Below are positions 6,318 to 16,563 of a stretch of DNA of 58,005 nt, piece by piece. Each line of letters opens with the position of its first letter. The stretch's first letter is position 1. Made by a program: the position numbers and the translations under genes. Source of the stretch: a virus (lineage: Duplodnaviria > Caudoviricetes); IMG/VR virus record IMGVR_UViG_3300032213_002204, positions 1 to 58,005 of that record; one strand, written 5' to 3'. The notes below the pieces were generated by a model, which had not been told where the DNA came from, did not search any database, and was given only the letters and a program-made list of their open reading frames with translations.

Positions 6318-8864
6318 ATGGAAGAAATCTATACACCAAAAGTTCGCTTACAAGCAGAAGTCGATGGACCTTTACGCGGTGGCGAACGCTACCAATTTGG
6401 TTTCTATGACGCTGGTACCCTGCGTCAATCGATTGACACTATTGGGTTCGGAGGGTATAAAGTTTATACCATTCCGGTTCCCAATACTGAACTTCAGTTT
6501 CAAAAAGTTTCCGAAATGATTAATGACCCTAGCGTTCAATATGCTCTCGTAGATAAAGACAAAATTGTTTTTGTTGTTATCGAAAACTCTCCAGGTTGGA
6601 TGAGCTCTATTAATGCTATGGGTTATGAAGTCCATTCAGGACCCAAAACTAATAAAAGATTGAAATCATTCCATCGTCCAACTTTGTTGAACGGTCACTT
6701 TGATAATCTTAATATTAAAATTGTTGAGCCTACTGATTATTCTCGTTATAACTTCTTTGATGAGAATGATGACTGGGGCGTATCGTCCGAATACCGCAAT
6801 CCTGAAGTAATCGACAGATTGCTTGATGGCGGTTTCGTTATCAGTCGTCGTCTTATCCAGGAATCCGTAAAGAATATTCCCTTCCATACTCCCGATAATT
6901 CTCTCGAGGATCATGATTATTATTATGATCCTCGTCTTTATCAGAATATGGTTCAGGAACTTCTTAACTCTACTGTAGTTAATGCCCGCATTATTTACAA
7001 AGATGGATTCCTCAAAGGCAATGCATTCGTAGCAGATCTGCCAGAAGGCATTGACGTTATTACGGCTCGTACTAATATCAAACAGGAAATCACATATCCT
7101 AATGGTTTTCGCTTTCAAGCAGAACCTCAAGGCCCTAAGTCTAGAGTCATCACTGACGATCAGACTGTTATCAATCTTCCTAAACTATTCCGTAAGAGCG
7201 ACATGGAAATGTGGCTCCGCGAAGAGTACAAGAAGATGTTCGAGATGGCAACATCTGGAAATCTTCTAACTAATTGGAAGTATATCTATCAGAGAATGTG
7301 GCGTGAAACAGATACTGCTGAAGACAATGAAGCAAGAGCACGCATGGCATATGTGGGCTATCGCTGGACTGCAGCAGGATTTAGCATTACACAATCTCCT
7401 TGGCTCTTTGAGACAATCTCTACTAGCCACGCTAAGCCTTTGCAGAAGGCAATCATAGTTCCATGTTCAGTCTATGAACAGATCATTCCCGAAAGTCTTG
7501 CTCGCATGGCCGGACATGACCTATTCATTGAAGAGGGAACTATTGTTCGTAGTAACCAACTTGGTTGCCACGTTGTCAATGACATTGACTGGCTGGAAAT
7601 GTATGAAAGCCATGGTGGAATGGATGAGGATGACTTCTTCAAGTTGTTCTATCGAACAATGCAAGGTGGCGAATTCGACACCGAAAAAGTAGTCATCGTT
7701 GCCCGTTCTCCAAATGGCTATGGTGAGTATTCTATCTTCCGCTATGTTGAAGGCTCTTGGGCTCCAACATGGCACATGGCAGATGGAACTCCCGTTATGT
7801 TTCCCGAAGTAAATGGCAGATCATGGCCTAAGCGACTAAGCGAAGTAATTGCTTCAGGCAAAGTAATCCATAAGGGATTACCTTCTGACTCACTTCCTAA
7901 GCCAAAGCGTTCTGGCCCATATAGTCAAGCTGATGTCATTCGTGATATCAAGATTGCTATGGCTGGCGGAAACGTTGGCGGATTTGTTAATGCGGCAATG
8001 GCTCACAGTATGGTGATTTCTAAGCACCGTCCAGAACAACTGTGTACATTGGAAACCGCAATTGACAAGTGCATCAACCCTGATGACACTGCTGACGTTA
8101 TTGCTATCGATGAAGAAGCTAGATTAATGATGCGTGAAGTAATTAGTTCAGGCAAACCTATTGATCAAGACTTCTGGTATTCCCGCGGAATGAAGCGCTT
8201 TCTTAAGCGTGGTGAAACTGTTGAACTTTATGATGGTAAAATTAGTCAATTATATACTCTATGTAATGACTATTATCATCGTTATGTAAACAGCATTCGT
8301 CAATGGTCACAGCAAAATGCTCGACCTGACGATATTGTGCATAAACTTGGTGCACGTTTACGTCATCAAGCTTATCCAGTTTTACGTCAATTCCGCATGG
8401 ACCTATACAATACCAACTCCACTGAAGTAACAAAGAGTTCTGGAGCTATCCAGCGTAACTCTTGGGAAAACTTGTATGTAGGAATTGCAAATAAGATTAC
8501 ATCATATGAACGCATTATTGATTCATATGATTTTGTTATTGCTCTCTATTCCGAATCAATTAATAATCCCACTTCATCTGGAAAGATTACTGATCAGATC
8601 GTAATGAACAGATTCGTATTCCCATATCTTGAAGAAGCTCTTCAGTATTATGGGTTAGCCGCATCTGTTAAACGCGAATTGAACAATAATCGTTTACGTA
8701 TTGTTAATGAGCGTGTGACTAGTTGGATTTGGCAGGATTCTTCTGGCGAAGACGTAGAGTATACTGATCCGCTTGCTTTCCAAGCAGCGCACGCAGAGGA
8801 CTCTCCGATCATCTTCGTCAGTGCAAAACCTGCTCCAAGAAAACTTACACAATCGTTATACTGA
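6318..8864 (+). CDS. single-subunit two-barrel RNA polymerase-like protein (YonO / eukaryotic-RdRP-like)
   Basis: LLDGGFVIS, ARII...FLKGNAFV...NIK, GGMDEDD, ARSPN, NVGGFVN and TAIDK correspond to RdRP/YonO-family motifs; AAGGAGG SD. Confidence 0.7.
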   Translation: MEEIYTPKVRLQAEVDGPLRGGERYQFGFYDAGTLRQSIDTIGFGGYKVYTIPVPNTELQFQKVSEMINDPSVQYALVDKDKIVFVVIENSPGWMSSINAMGYEVHSGPKTNKRLKSFHRPTLLNGHFDNLNIKIVEPTDYSRYNFFDENDDWGVSSEYRNPEVIDRLLDGGFVISRRLIQESVKNIPFHTPDNSLEDHDYYYDPRLYQNMVQELLNSTVVNARIIYKDGFLKGNAFVADLPEGIDVITARTNIKQEITYPNGFRFQAEPQGPKSRVITDDQTVINLPKLFRKSDMEMWLREEYKKMFEMATSGNLLTNWKYIYQRMWRETDTAEDNEARARMAYVGYRWTAAGFSITQSPWLFETISTSHAKPLQKAIIVPCSVYEQIIPESLARMAGHDLFIEEGTIVRSNQLGCHVVNDIDWLEMYESHGGMDEDDFFKLFYRTMQGGEFDTEKVVIVARSPNGYGEYSIFRYVEGSWAPTWHMADGTPVMFPEVNGRSWPKRLSEVIASGKVIHKGLPSDSLPKPKRSGPYSQADVIRDIKIAMAGGNVGGFVNAAMAHSMVISKHRPEQLCTLETAIDKCINPDDTADVIAIDEEARLMMREVISSGKPIDQDFWYSRGMKRFLKRGETVELYDGKISQLYTLCNDYYHRYVNSIRQWSQQNARPDDIVHKLGARLRHQAYPVLRQFRMDLYNTNSTEVTKSSGAIQRNSWENLYVGIANKITSYERIIDSYDFVIALYSESINNPTSSGKITDQIVMNRFVFPYLEEALQYYGLAASVKRELNNNRLRIVNERVTSWIWQDSSGEDVEYTDPLAFQAAHAEDSPIIFVSAKPAPRKLTQSLY

Positions 8865-8876
8865 TTCATACAAAAT

Positions 8877-8918
8877 TGTGGGGGGTCGGCCCTATCCGAC
8901 CTCCCACATTCTATTTCT
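8877..8918 (+). terminator. GC-rich hairpin, probable terminator
   Basis: TGTGGGGGGTCGG/CCGACCTCCCACA stem followed by a T-rich tract. Confidence 0.6.
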
Positions 8919-8936
8919 TAAAAAGGTAACATTAAC

Positions 8937-9473
8937 ATGCAACCTATTAACAAATTTTTATATACAAATTTTAATTGTCCTTATCATACCTTTTCTGGTC
9001 TTACTTCTATAACTAAACAACACTTGCTCCAAGCTGGTTATTTAAATTTTTACGAATGCATTACTGCATCTCTCGATAGTTTTGACTACTACCGTATTCC
9101 TGGATCATCTTATCGTTCTATCTTAAAATGTTTATCAGTTTATAACTTACAAATTGGAATGTCTTCTCAAGAACTTTCCCATGCATTACGTAAACATTCA
9201 AGAGATCACTATAACAATAAAATAATTCCACGTATTCGTGAAGATATTCGTCAAGACAATCTCCGCAAAGAAGAACTTATTCGCCACCAAGAATATCGTA
9301 AAACTGTTTTAGATATTCTTTATTTAGAGTTTACTTATGGCTCTAAGCTTCTTGAGGAAAATTTAGATTCTGATACTCTTTATGAATATTTTAATTATGT
9401 TCATAAATACAGAATATATCATCCTTCTAACTATGATTATTTAACTTATAATCGTCAATATAATTGTTGTTAA
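8937..9473 (+). CDS. protein with an RNAP alpha-CTD-like N-terminal domain (putative)
   Basis: LTSITKQHLLQAGY...SYRSILKCLSVYNLQIGM aligns by eye with the alpha-CTD LTVRSANCL...SLTEIKDVLASRGLSLGM. Confidence 0.4.
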   Translation: MQPINKFLYTNFNCPYHTFSGLTSITKQHLLQAGYLNFYECITASLDSFDYYRIPGSSYRSILKCLSVYNLQIGMSSQELSHALRKHSRDHYNNKIIPRIREDIRQDNLRKEELIRHQEYRKTVLDILYLEFTYGSKLLEENLDSDTLYEYFNYVHKYRIYHPSNYDYLTYNRQYNCC

Positions 9474-9492
9474 TAAATAAAAGGAAATTGTA

Positions 9493-10383
9493 ATGTCAAA
9501 TAAAGTTTATTATTTTAGCAAACAAATAAACAACATTGTTCTTTGTCAGGGATGTGCACATATTGTCTTTGACGAGATCTTGCACGAAGCCAAAACAATA
9601 AAAAACACTATTCAAAAAAATCAAACAATTCTTGATTTTAACTTGTATAAAATCCAAGCCACTCATACAGATGCACCCTGTCAAGGGTCAGCTGCTGTTT
9701 ATGGAACCAATGGACATCCCTGTCACATGTCTCAAGTTGAAACTGTAGTTGAAGACATTGTTTATTTATATGGAGCAAATTTACTTCAAAATTTTGTATG
9801 TTTTTTTAATCCAGTTTCTTCAAACTATAATCAAAACAATTATGACATTGTTCCAATTTATACTTTTAAAATTAACACTCAGCACGCATACGCTCAGAAT
9901 TTAATAAATAAAGAAAAATTACTTGAAAGATGGAAGATAGACAAGTTTGCTGAAGAAAACTATACCTGGAATATCTGTGCTGTCTGTTTAAATTATCTTG
10001 GTCCAATTTGGCTTAATTATTTAGATCAAGTTTTTAAATGTAATTTGCAAACTCAAATGATTTGTTCTGATGCACTTCACCGATTAATTCAAGATTCCAT
10101 TACCGAATACAAAAATAATAATTATTTAAATTATGGAGTTTGTAGTTATGGAAATTGTATGGCAGACTATGTACAATCTTTGCCAGATTCTGACGATCCC
10201 TCATTCAAGGACGCATCATACCAGCTTCATTATAGCAATTTTGATAAAATCAATACCTTTAAAAATAATTTAAATGAGGCTAGTCAAATTATTCATCCTC
10301 AAAGTTCTCAAGAAACAATTGATTATTTTAGACTCAAAGATAAAGAAATTATTTCTTCTGTTATATATAAAGCTACTTTATAA
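9493..10383 (+). CDS. hypothetical Cys-rich protein
   Basis: 296 aa; CQGC and CAVC. Confidence 0.65.
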   Translation: MSNKVYYFSKQINNIVLCQGCAHIVFDEILHEAKTIKNTIQKNQTILDFNLYKIQATHTDAPCQGSAAVYGTNGHPCHMSQVETVVEDIVYLYGANLLQNFVCFFNPVSSNYNQNNYDIVPIYTFKINTQHAYAQNLINKEKLLERWKIDKFAEENYTWNICAVCLNYLGPIWLNYLDQVFKCNLQTQMICSDALHRLIQDSITEYKNNNYLNYGVCSYGNCMADYVQSLPDSDDPSFKDASYQLHYSNFDKINTFKNNLNEASQIIHPQSSQETIDYFRLKDKEIISSVIYKATL

Positions 10384-10402
10384 CCACATCAATTAATATA
10401 CT

Positions 10403-10452
10403 AACCCAGTAGTAATGAATCTTCTTCATTGCTGCTGGGTTATTATTTTTTT
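10403..10452 (+). terminator. intrinsic terminator
   Basis: AACCCAGTAGTAATGAA/TTCATTGCTGCTGGGTT stem then T-run. Confidence 0.7.
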
Positions 10453-10499
10453 ATAGTTCATACAAAAATGCAATATTATAAATTAAGAGAGGACATCTT

Positions 10500-11108
10500 A
10501 TGGAAGAATATATTAGAACTATTCCCCCGCAAACCCAACAAGTTATTATTGATTATCTTAATGAATCAATTTATCCTGAAATGATCATTAACCCCCAAGG
10601 CGCAGCTAAGGGTCGTCGTCAGCTCTGGATCCAGACTGCACCTCCCTTAACAGCTACTACTCCTTGGCACGTAGGATATCAAGACGAACGAATTATGAAC
10701 TTCGTTCGCTCTATTGCACCCGAAGGATTTACTCCTGAAGCTGTGCTTGTTACCAAAGGTGGTAACATTAGACGACACCGTGATGCGCGATACGCTGACT
10801 ACCGAGGTATGTCTATTAATCTTGGTAAAGTAAGCTGGTACTACGAGCGTTCTAACGATCAGTACTTTTGGCAACCCGGCATTCCTGAGTCAGTCCCTGC
10901 AGGACGTTATGATTTAACCGGAGGAGAGGTATTTATGTTTAACACTAAGAACCCTCATTGGGTCGAAAACGCTCATCCAGATCGTTGGAGTCTTAATGTC
11001 TGGCAAATCTCTAAGAATACCCGTGATGACTATAATCAATTTATGGATCATCGCGCCAATGGAACTCTTACAGAAGAACAATTAAACTATAAGGTAGCAG
11101 GATACTAA
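10500..11108 (+). CDS. 2OG-Fe(II) oxygenase (AlkB-like fold)
   Basis: IRRHRD (HxD), HWV distal His, RWSLNVW. Confidence 0.7.
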   Translation: MEEYIRTIPPQTQQVIIDYLNESIYPEMIINPQGAAKGRRQLWIQTAPPLTATTPWHVGYQDERIMNFVRSIAPEGFTPEAVLVTKGGNIRRHRDARYADYRGMSINLGKVSWYYERSNDQYFWQPGIPESVPAGRYDLTGGEVFMFNTKNPHWVENAHPDRWSLNVWQISKNTRDDYNQFMDHRANGTLTEEQLNYKVAGY

Positions 11109-11109
11109 A

Positions 11110-11589
11110 ATGAACTTTGAAAATTATATACCCACTAACTTTGATCATGATAAAATGAACGCTTTTAAATTTCTATATCTCTATCGTAGAAAGCAAGCTA
11201 TTCTTGTAGATCTTTTAAAGGTTTGTGACTTAACAAATCTTGAAGATCTTCAAAATAAAAAACCATTCATTAGATCCTACCAGTATATCCAACGCGAAAC
11301 TGGAATGTCTGATGAAGAATTAAGCGAAGCAATATCTATTGGTCTCTGGATTGATGAATACATTAGCTTATCTGAAATGTCTGAAGAAGAATTTCTTAAG
11401 ACTACTTCGGAACTAGAAGCTGATTATGATATTCCTGAAGATATTACTGAAGATCTTCGGGAGCTTCATGAGCAAATTTCTGAAATGCTCCAACATAAAA
11501 ATCAAGATAAAGAAATCTTTAAGGAAATTATAAATGAAAATTATAACGATCAAGAAAAATGGCCAAACGGCCTCCCTCCGTACTCGTAA
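11110..11589 (+). CDS. acidic hypothetical protein
   Basis: 159 aa ORF. Confidence 0.6.
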   Translation: MNFENYIPTNFDHDKMNAFKFLYLYRRKQAILVDLLKVCDLTNLEDLQNKKPFIRSYQYIQRETGMSDEELSEAISIGLWIDEYISLSEMSEEEFLKTTSELEADYDIPEDITEDLRELHEQISEMLQHKNQDKEIFKEIINENYNDQEKWPNGLPPYS

Positions 11590-11737
11590 TAGAGTTAATG
11601 ATAATGGTCCTGATTTTGAGTTTATTGAAAATTCAAATCGACCGGGATCCATTCTACTAAAAAGCCTTAAAACAAATTGGCTTGGATGGCTCCCTGAAAA
11701 TGAAATTATTATATCAAAAAAACAGGAGGTCTTATGA
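11534..11737 (+). CDS. hypothetical protein
   Basis: AAGGA SD; coupled to the next gene. Confidence 0.5.
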   Translation: MKIITIKKNGQTASLRTRNRVNDNGPDFEFIENSNRPGSILLKSLKTNWLGWLPENEIIISKKQEVL

Positions 11738-12054
11738 CCAACGCTATCGATCTCATGAGCATGCAAGCACTCTTGCCAATGCGCTCATCTTATATCTCTA
11801 ATATAGTCATTGAAGTTCCACGAAATGAAACTATTATTCATAAGATTGGAAAGGTAACAGGAAAGATTGTAAGATTCTTTCGTAAGCCACAGACTAGAGC
11901 TACAGCAATGCTTAGCTACTGGGGCGTAGAAACAGTCTTATTCTCAATCATCATGTTAACTGCTCCATCATCTATTGTCTTTGCTAGTGCCTTGTTCCTA
12001 TATCTTTATGGAACATATGCTTTATTCTCAGCAATTAATGTTTTAACAAAGTAA
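11734..12054 (+). CDS. membrane protein
   Basis: AGGAGG SD; two C-terminal hydrophobic helices. Confidence 0.6.
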   Translation: MTNAIDLMSMQALLPMRSSYISNIVIEVPRNETIIHKIGKVTGKIVRFFRKPQTRATAMLSYWGVETVLFSIIMLTAPSSIVFASALFLYLYGTYALFSAINVLTK

Positions 12055-12058
12055 CACT

Positions 12059-12655
12059 ATGACCTACATACTTCAAGACATTAAAGATTTATGCCCAGTT
12101 ATCGATGAAGAACTTCTTGTTCTTCGCGGTACACTGGAAGAAAATGTTTCTCATGGTTACGATTATCGTCCCATGGTTACTTTCTTTAAGTTCCCAGATG
12201 TAAGACAGTGTGCTGTCGTACCTAATCCTCAAGTGGAATTTACAGATACTTTAGCAAGAATTGCAGAAGCATTATATCTTTATCCTGCGTTGGACTCCAG
12301 CTATGCTGTAGTCTCTCTTTTATCTGAATTACATGATGATGATAATAATAAAACCGCAGAATGCCTGAACGTATTTGTTCTAGAAGAGGATAGTGCGCAT
12401 ATGATTAATATGCCCTATACTGTTTCTGATAAAAACGTAAACTGGCTATATGATAAATTCAGTTCTGTTAATGTATCCAATCATGAATATGAAGGAATCT
12501 CAAAGGAAATGATTAACATGTTTTACATGTTCACACACCTAGAGCATCCTCTATACACCGTTCAAGAAATCTTATCTTTCCTTGGAATTTCTGGCGCTGG
12601 CGTCCATGTATTCCCCGGTGTTAATGTTTCTTATTTTAGCGTGGCCCACTCATGA
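12059..12655 (+). CDS. hypothetical protein
   Basis: 198 aa ORF. Confidence 0.6.
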   Translation: MTYILQDIKDLCPVIDEELLVLRGTLEENVSHGYDYRPMVTFFKFPDVRQCAVVPNPQVEFTDTLARIAEALYLYPALDSSYAVVSLLSELHDDDNNKTAECLNVFVLEEDSAHMINMPYTVSDKNVNWLYDKFSSVNVSNHEYEGISKEMINMFYMFTHLEHPLYTVQEILSFLGISGAGVHVFPGVNVSYFSVAHS

Positions 12656-12844
12656 ACAATAAAAAACAAAAAGACTACACTGCAATTACACATTGCGGTT
12701 CTATCAAGTATAAAAAAAGCCATTACATCAAAGCTACTATATCTTCAGATTCTCAATTTGAAGATAAACTAGAAAAGCTTATGTCTTGCGAACATACTCA
12801 AATTAATATAGAATACGTATAACATATCCTGAAAGGGGGACTAC

Positions 12845-14518
12845 ATGTTATCTTTAAGACCTTATCAAGAAGAAGCATTAAAATCAATTAATGATTTTTC
12901 AGAAAAAGGAATTAATAAACAGCTTGTAGTCCTTCCAACAGGCGCAGGTAAAACTGTTATATTCTCACACCTCCCTCAGTTCAAAAAAGACAGTCTCCCT
13001 ATGCTTGTCTTAGCACACCGTGCAGAACTATTATATCAAGCTAAGGAAAAAATTAGCTGGTCTAATCCTGAACTTGATATTCAAATCGAGCAAGCAGATA
13101 ACATAGCAGGATACTGCGATGTCGTGGTTGCCTCAGTCCCAACTTTGGGACGAGCAGAATCAGAACGTATCTTAAAATATCCAAAAGATTATTTTAAATC
13201 TATAGTTATTGATGAAGCACACCACGCTGCTGCTCCTACATATCGGCGCATTTTAGATTACTTTAATGCACCATTTGTACTCGGAGTTACAGCTACTCCT
13301 CAAAGATCTGACAACACTCGCTTGACAGATGTCTTTGATGAAATAGTATACTATAAGACAATACAAGATCTTATCGAGGATGGTTACTTATGTACATTAG
13401 TCGGTTATCGAATCAAGACAGATACAGATATATCTGGAGTTGCAACTAATGAAGGAGATTACGTTGCGTCTCAGCTGGAAGATGCTATTGATACCCCTGA
13501 GCGTAATGCTCACATTGTTGCTGCTTATAATAGTCTGGTTCCAGAATCCAAAGCAATTGTATTCTGCGCGGGTGTCAAACACGCGAACAACTTGGCCACA
13601 TCCTTTGCGTCCGCGCAAATAAAAACGGAGGTAATCCTAGGTGCTACTGACTCAGATTCTCGTAGAGATATTCTGGCGCGTTTCCAAATGGGTACAACAA
13701 AAGTTCTCATCAATGTTGGCGTTCTTACGGAAGGGTTCGACGAACCAACCGTAGAGACTATCATTCTAGCTAGACCAACTAGATCTACTCTATTGTATAC
13801 ACAGATTGTTGGTCGAGGTACTAGACTTCACGAAGGGAAGCCGCATTGTACCGTCCTAGACTTTGCAGACACCACAAGAGGAAAGAAGCCTATTGGCCTT
13901 CCTTCTCTTCTAGGCCTGCCTCCCGAATTCGATTTACAGGGACAAGACCTTATCGAAGTAGCTAAAAAATACAAGGAGCTCGAGGACTATTGTCCAGGCG
14001 AAGCCGTTCGTGTATTAGACCCTAATGATATAGAGTTAGCTTATAAGAGAATTAATCTCTTCATGCCACCCCCACCAAATGAATTTGTTCAACAATATTC
14101 TAGATTTGTGTGGGCTGAAGTTGCCGAAAACGACTATCATCTTGGCGTGGATAATTATAATTCATTTAGAATATACACTGACACACTAGGTAGATGGGTC
14201 GTTGAACATCGTCAGCGTACTTCAGATGGAGTTCAAGTAAAACTTTTAGGACATCCTGAAGATATGCGTGATGCATTTGTCCGTAGTGACAGATGGATCA
14301 TGGCAAAGTTTGATACCAATCTTATTGAATCAGACGCTGCCTGGCGTGCAGATGGTCCAACTGACGCTCAAAGAAAACTCTTAAAGCGTATCGGTGTACC
14401 CGTTACTTCTGATATGACTAAGGGAACTGCTAGTCAAATTATTAGCAAATACTATGAAGCTAATCCTAGACCAGCATGGTTAGATAAAAGAATTAAAACA
14501 ACACGCTCTAAGTGGTAA
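12845..14518 (+). CDS. SF2 DEAD/DEAH-box helicase (Irc3/ResIII-like)
   Basis: LRPYQ, PTGAGKT, IDEAHH, TATP, LTEGFD, QIVGRGTR. Confidence 0.95.
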   Translation: MLSLRPYQEEALKSINDFSEKGINKQLVVLPTGAGKTVIFSHLPQFKKDSLPMLVLAHRAELLYQAKEKISWSNPELDIQIEQADNIAGYCDVVVASVPTLGRAESERILKYPKDYFKSIVIDEAHHAAAPTYRRILDYFNAPFVLGVTATPQRSDNTRLTDVFDEIVYYKTIQDLIEDGYLCTLVGYRIKTDTDISGVATNEGDYVASQLEDAIDTPERNAHIVAAYNSLVPESKAIVFCAGVKHANNLATSFASAQIKTEVILGATDSDSRRDILARFQMGTTKVLINVGVLTEGFDEPTVETIILARPTRSTLLYTQIVGRGTRLHEGKPHCTVLDFADTTRGKKPIGLPSLLGLPPEFDLQGQDLIEVAKKYKELEDYCPGEAVRVLDPNDIELAYKRINLFMPPPPNEFVQQYSRFVWAEVAENDYHLGVDNYNSFRIYTDTLGRWVVEHRQRTSDGVQVKLLGHPEDMRDAFVRSDRWIMAKFDTNLIESDAAWRADGPTDAQRKLLKRIGVPVTSDMTKGTASQIISKYYEANPRPAWLDKRIKTTRSKW

Positions 14519-14538
14519 TTTGATATACTTGTTATATC

Positions 14539-15030
14539 ATGACCATTACTTATAGCCATAATAAATATTCTTCAGTCCATCCTAAAATTACTCCCGAGTA
14601 TTATAAAGCTTTACCAACTCACAAACCCTTTGTTAAAGCCTTATACATATCCTGTAGTGATGGCTATGTTCCATATGCCATTACTGATTCCCCTAATAAT
14701 ATTATTCAATTAATATTTCAAGATAAACAAGTTAGAGTATTAAACCCTAATCCTTATTATCATGTTTATTTTGATTATCTTGAGCAGTCTCAAATAAGTA
14801 GATTTAACTTTACCGCCTCTACATTGCTTCGTAGCAGTTACCTAACTTCTTTAGGAATTGTTACTACTGATGCTATATATGGAGACGTTCTTATTTTTGG
14901 CTCTTATGATTATAATCTTCATACTATTGATGAAGAAGATCATTCTGTTCCCTACGAAGTAGTTGAACAGGTATTGCGAATAGATGCACAGAAATCTATG
15001 TATCAAAAAACATTACCTGAAATTATATAA
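14539..15030 (+). CDS. hypothetical protein (weakly DUF3846-like)
   Basis: IYGDVLIFG...SVP; TGATATACT at 14521 just upstream. Confidence 0.5.
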   Translation: MTITYSHNKYSSVHPKITPEYYKALPTHKPFVKALYISCSDGYVPYAITDSPNNIIQLIFQDKQVRVLNPNPYYHVYFDYLEQSQISRFNFTASTLLRSSYLTSLGIVTTDAIYGDVLIFGSYDYNLHTIDEEDHSVPYEVVEQVLRIDAQKSMYQKTLPEII

Positions 15031-15106
15031 TAAATAATATTTATAATAGAATATACAAAGACGTAGGGGGAGAAACACAACAACAATAAAATAGAAGGTT
15101 AAAATT

Positions 15107-15370
15107 ATGTCATTAGCAATCGTCATCGGTTCTGAACCAGAGCACATCGCAAACATTGAAGATACTGTAAGTATCTTAAAATTTACTAGAACTCTTGTAT
15201 CAGACGGCGCAATTAGTTTACCAAATGTATATATGAATGATTCTCCAGCTCAATTTGATTCTGATTATCTTTCAAAAATTATTGATTGGTACACAGGAAT
15301 TTATACACTACTTACTGATCCCTCAGCTATAATGAGTGATCAAGAAGATTTTGATAGCTTCAGCGTATAA
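15107..15370 (+). CDS. hypothetical protein
   Basis: GAAGG SD. Confidence 0.6.
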   Translation: MSLAIVIGSEPEHIANIEDTVSILKFTRTLVSDGAISLPNVYMNDSPAQFDSDYLSKIIDWYTGIYTLLTDPSAIMSDQEDFDSFSV

Positions 15371-15398
15371 CTCATTATATTGCGATGAACAGCATCAG

Positions 15399-15484
15399 GC
15401 CCTGGTGGCGGAATAGGCAGACGCGGGGGGCTTAAACCCCCCTTCCTTACCAAAGGAGTATGGGTTCAAGTCCCATCTTGGGCA
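15399..15484 (+). tRNA. tRNA-Leu(TAA), no CCA
   Basis: GGCGGAATAGGCAGACGC D-arm, GGGGG/CCCCC anticodon stem, long variable arm; one T-T mismatch in the acceptor stem. Confidence 0.9.
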
Positions 15485-15487
15485 CTA

Positions 15488-15537
15488 GGGTGACTCAGAG
15501 TTCTTACCCCTTTCTGACTCTGGGTCATCCGCTTTTT
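15488..15537 (+). terminator. long hairpin with T-run after tRNA-Leu
   Basis: GGGTGACTCAGAGT/ACTCTGGGTCATCC stem, pyrimidine-rich loop. Confidence 0.55.
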
Positions 15538-15569
15538 AAAGTAAATATCACAACCGTAAAGGAAATATC

Positions 15570-15866
15570 ATGAATGATAATAATTTAGAAGAACAATCAG
15601 GACCATTAACAAATCAGGAAATTGCATACTTTTTGCGTCACAAAGAAGTTACCGACACTGATTCACCAAAACAGTCTCAAATGGAAATGGCCGAAGATCT
15701 TATAAATGAGATATGTGCTGACATTGACGAGCTAGAAGAACTTGATCCAATGTTTTTATTGGACATGCTTGGAATTCTTGGACTATCTTTAACTGTTAGC
15801 TCCGAAGCCTCTGAAGCTTTTGTTGAAGAATGCAGAAAAATGCGCAAAACTGCAAAAAGCGTTTAA
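15570..15866 (+). CDS. acidic hypothetical protein
   Basis: AAAGGA SD. Confidence 0.6.
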   Translation: MNDNNLEEQSGPLTNQEIAYFLRHKEVTDTDSPKQSQMEMAEDLINEICADIDELEELDPMFLLDMLGILGLSLTVSSEASEAFVEECRKMRKTAKSV

Positions 15867-15887
15867 GCTTTAAAGTTAATTACGTCC

Positions 15888-15964
15888 GCCTCTTTAGCTC
15901 AGCTGGTTAGAGCAGCGGACTTTTAATTCGTTGGTCCAGGGTTCGAATCCCTGAGGAGGCACCA
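15888..15964 (+). tRNA. tRNA-Lys(TTT), CCA encoded
   Basis: acceptor GCCTCTT/AGGAGGC, anticodon loop CT-TTT-AA. Confidence 0.95.
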
Positions 15965-16128
15965 TGAACAAAGCAACTATTAAACTAGTTACTGATTTAG
16001 TTGATAAAGCTCTTAATGAAATTTCAGGTAGAGAAATTGTCTCTACCGCAGAAATGACTGATCTATTACTTGATATTAGATTGCACATTATGCTTGACCA
16101 AGAGTTAACTACTCCAACTTATCAATAG
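15964..16128 (+). CDS. 54 aa hypothetical protein; ATG overlaps the tRNA-Lys CCA (not in the ORF track)
   Basis: MNKATIKLVTDLVDKALNEISGREIVSTAEMTDLLLDIRLH...; AGGAGG lies 4 nt upstream, inside the tRNA. Confidence 0.7.
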   Translation: MNKATIKLVTDLVDKALNEISGREIVSTAEMTDLLLDIRLHIMLDQELTTPTYQ

Positions 16129-16206
16129 CTTTTAAATTTAATAATAATTTTTTAGGATTAATTCTATACAGAGATATGAAATCCAAATTGATCTACATGG
16201 AGTACG

Positions 16207-16404
16207 ATGCAACCTGATTCTAATATTACCCAAGAAGAACTAGTAATAGTTGCCGAACTCCAGCAAATTCTACACAATATCAGCAATGCCCTTGATCAGT
16301 TACCTGTTCATTTAAAAGAGCATATATTATCTGATATTGAAATATTTAATCAAGAATCTCAATCTTTTAATAGTGCGTTAGATTCTCTAAATACTAAAAA
16401 CTAG
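16207..16404 (+). CDS. hypothetical protein
   Basis: GGAG SD. Confidence 0.55.
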   Translation: MQPDSNITQEELVIVAELQQILHNISNALDQLPVHLKEHILSDIEIFNQESQSFNSALDSLNTKN

Positions 16405-16489
16405 GGCAGCGGTCGTTTCGTACCACCATGCAGTAACTAACGTCAAGTGAAGTGGCCCTATCAAGGCGTGACAGTCGGAGAGACGATAT

Positions 16490-16563
16490 GGGGCGTTAGC
16501 TCAGTTGGTTAGAGCAAGGCACTCATAATGCCTGGGTCGGGGGTTCAAGTCCCTCACGCCCCA
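16490..16563 (+). tRNA. tRNA with CAT anticodon (elongator Met or Ile2), no CCA
   Basis: GGGGCGT/ACGCCCC acceptor with a paired 1-72 (so not initiator); loop CT-CAT-AA. Confidence 0.9.
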
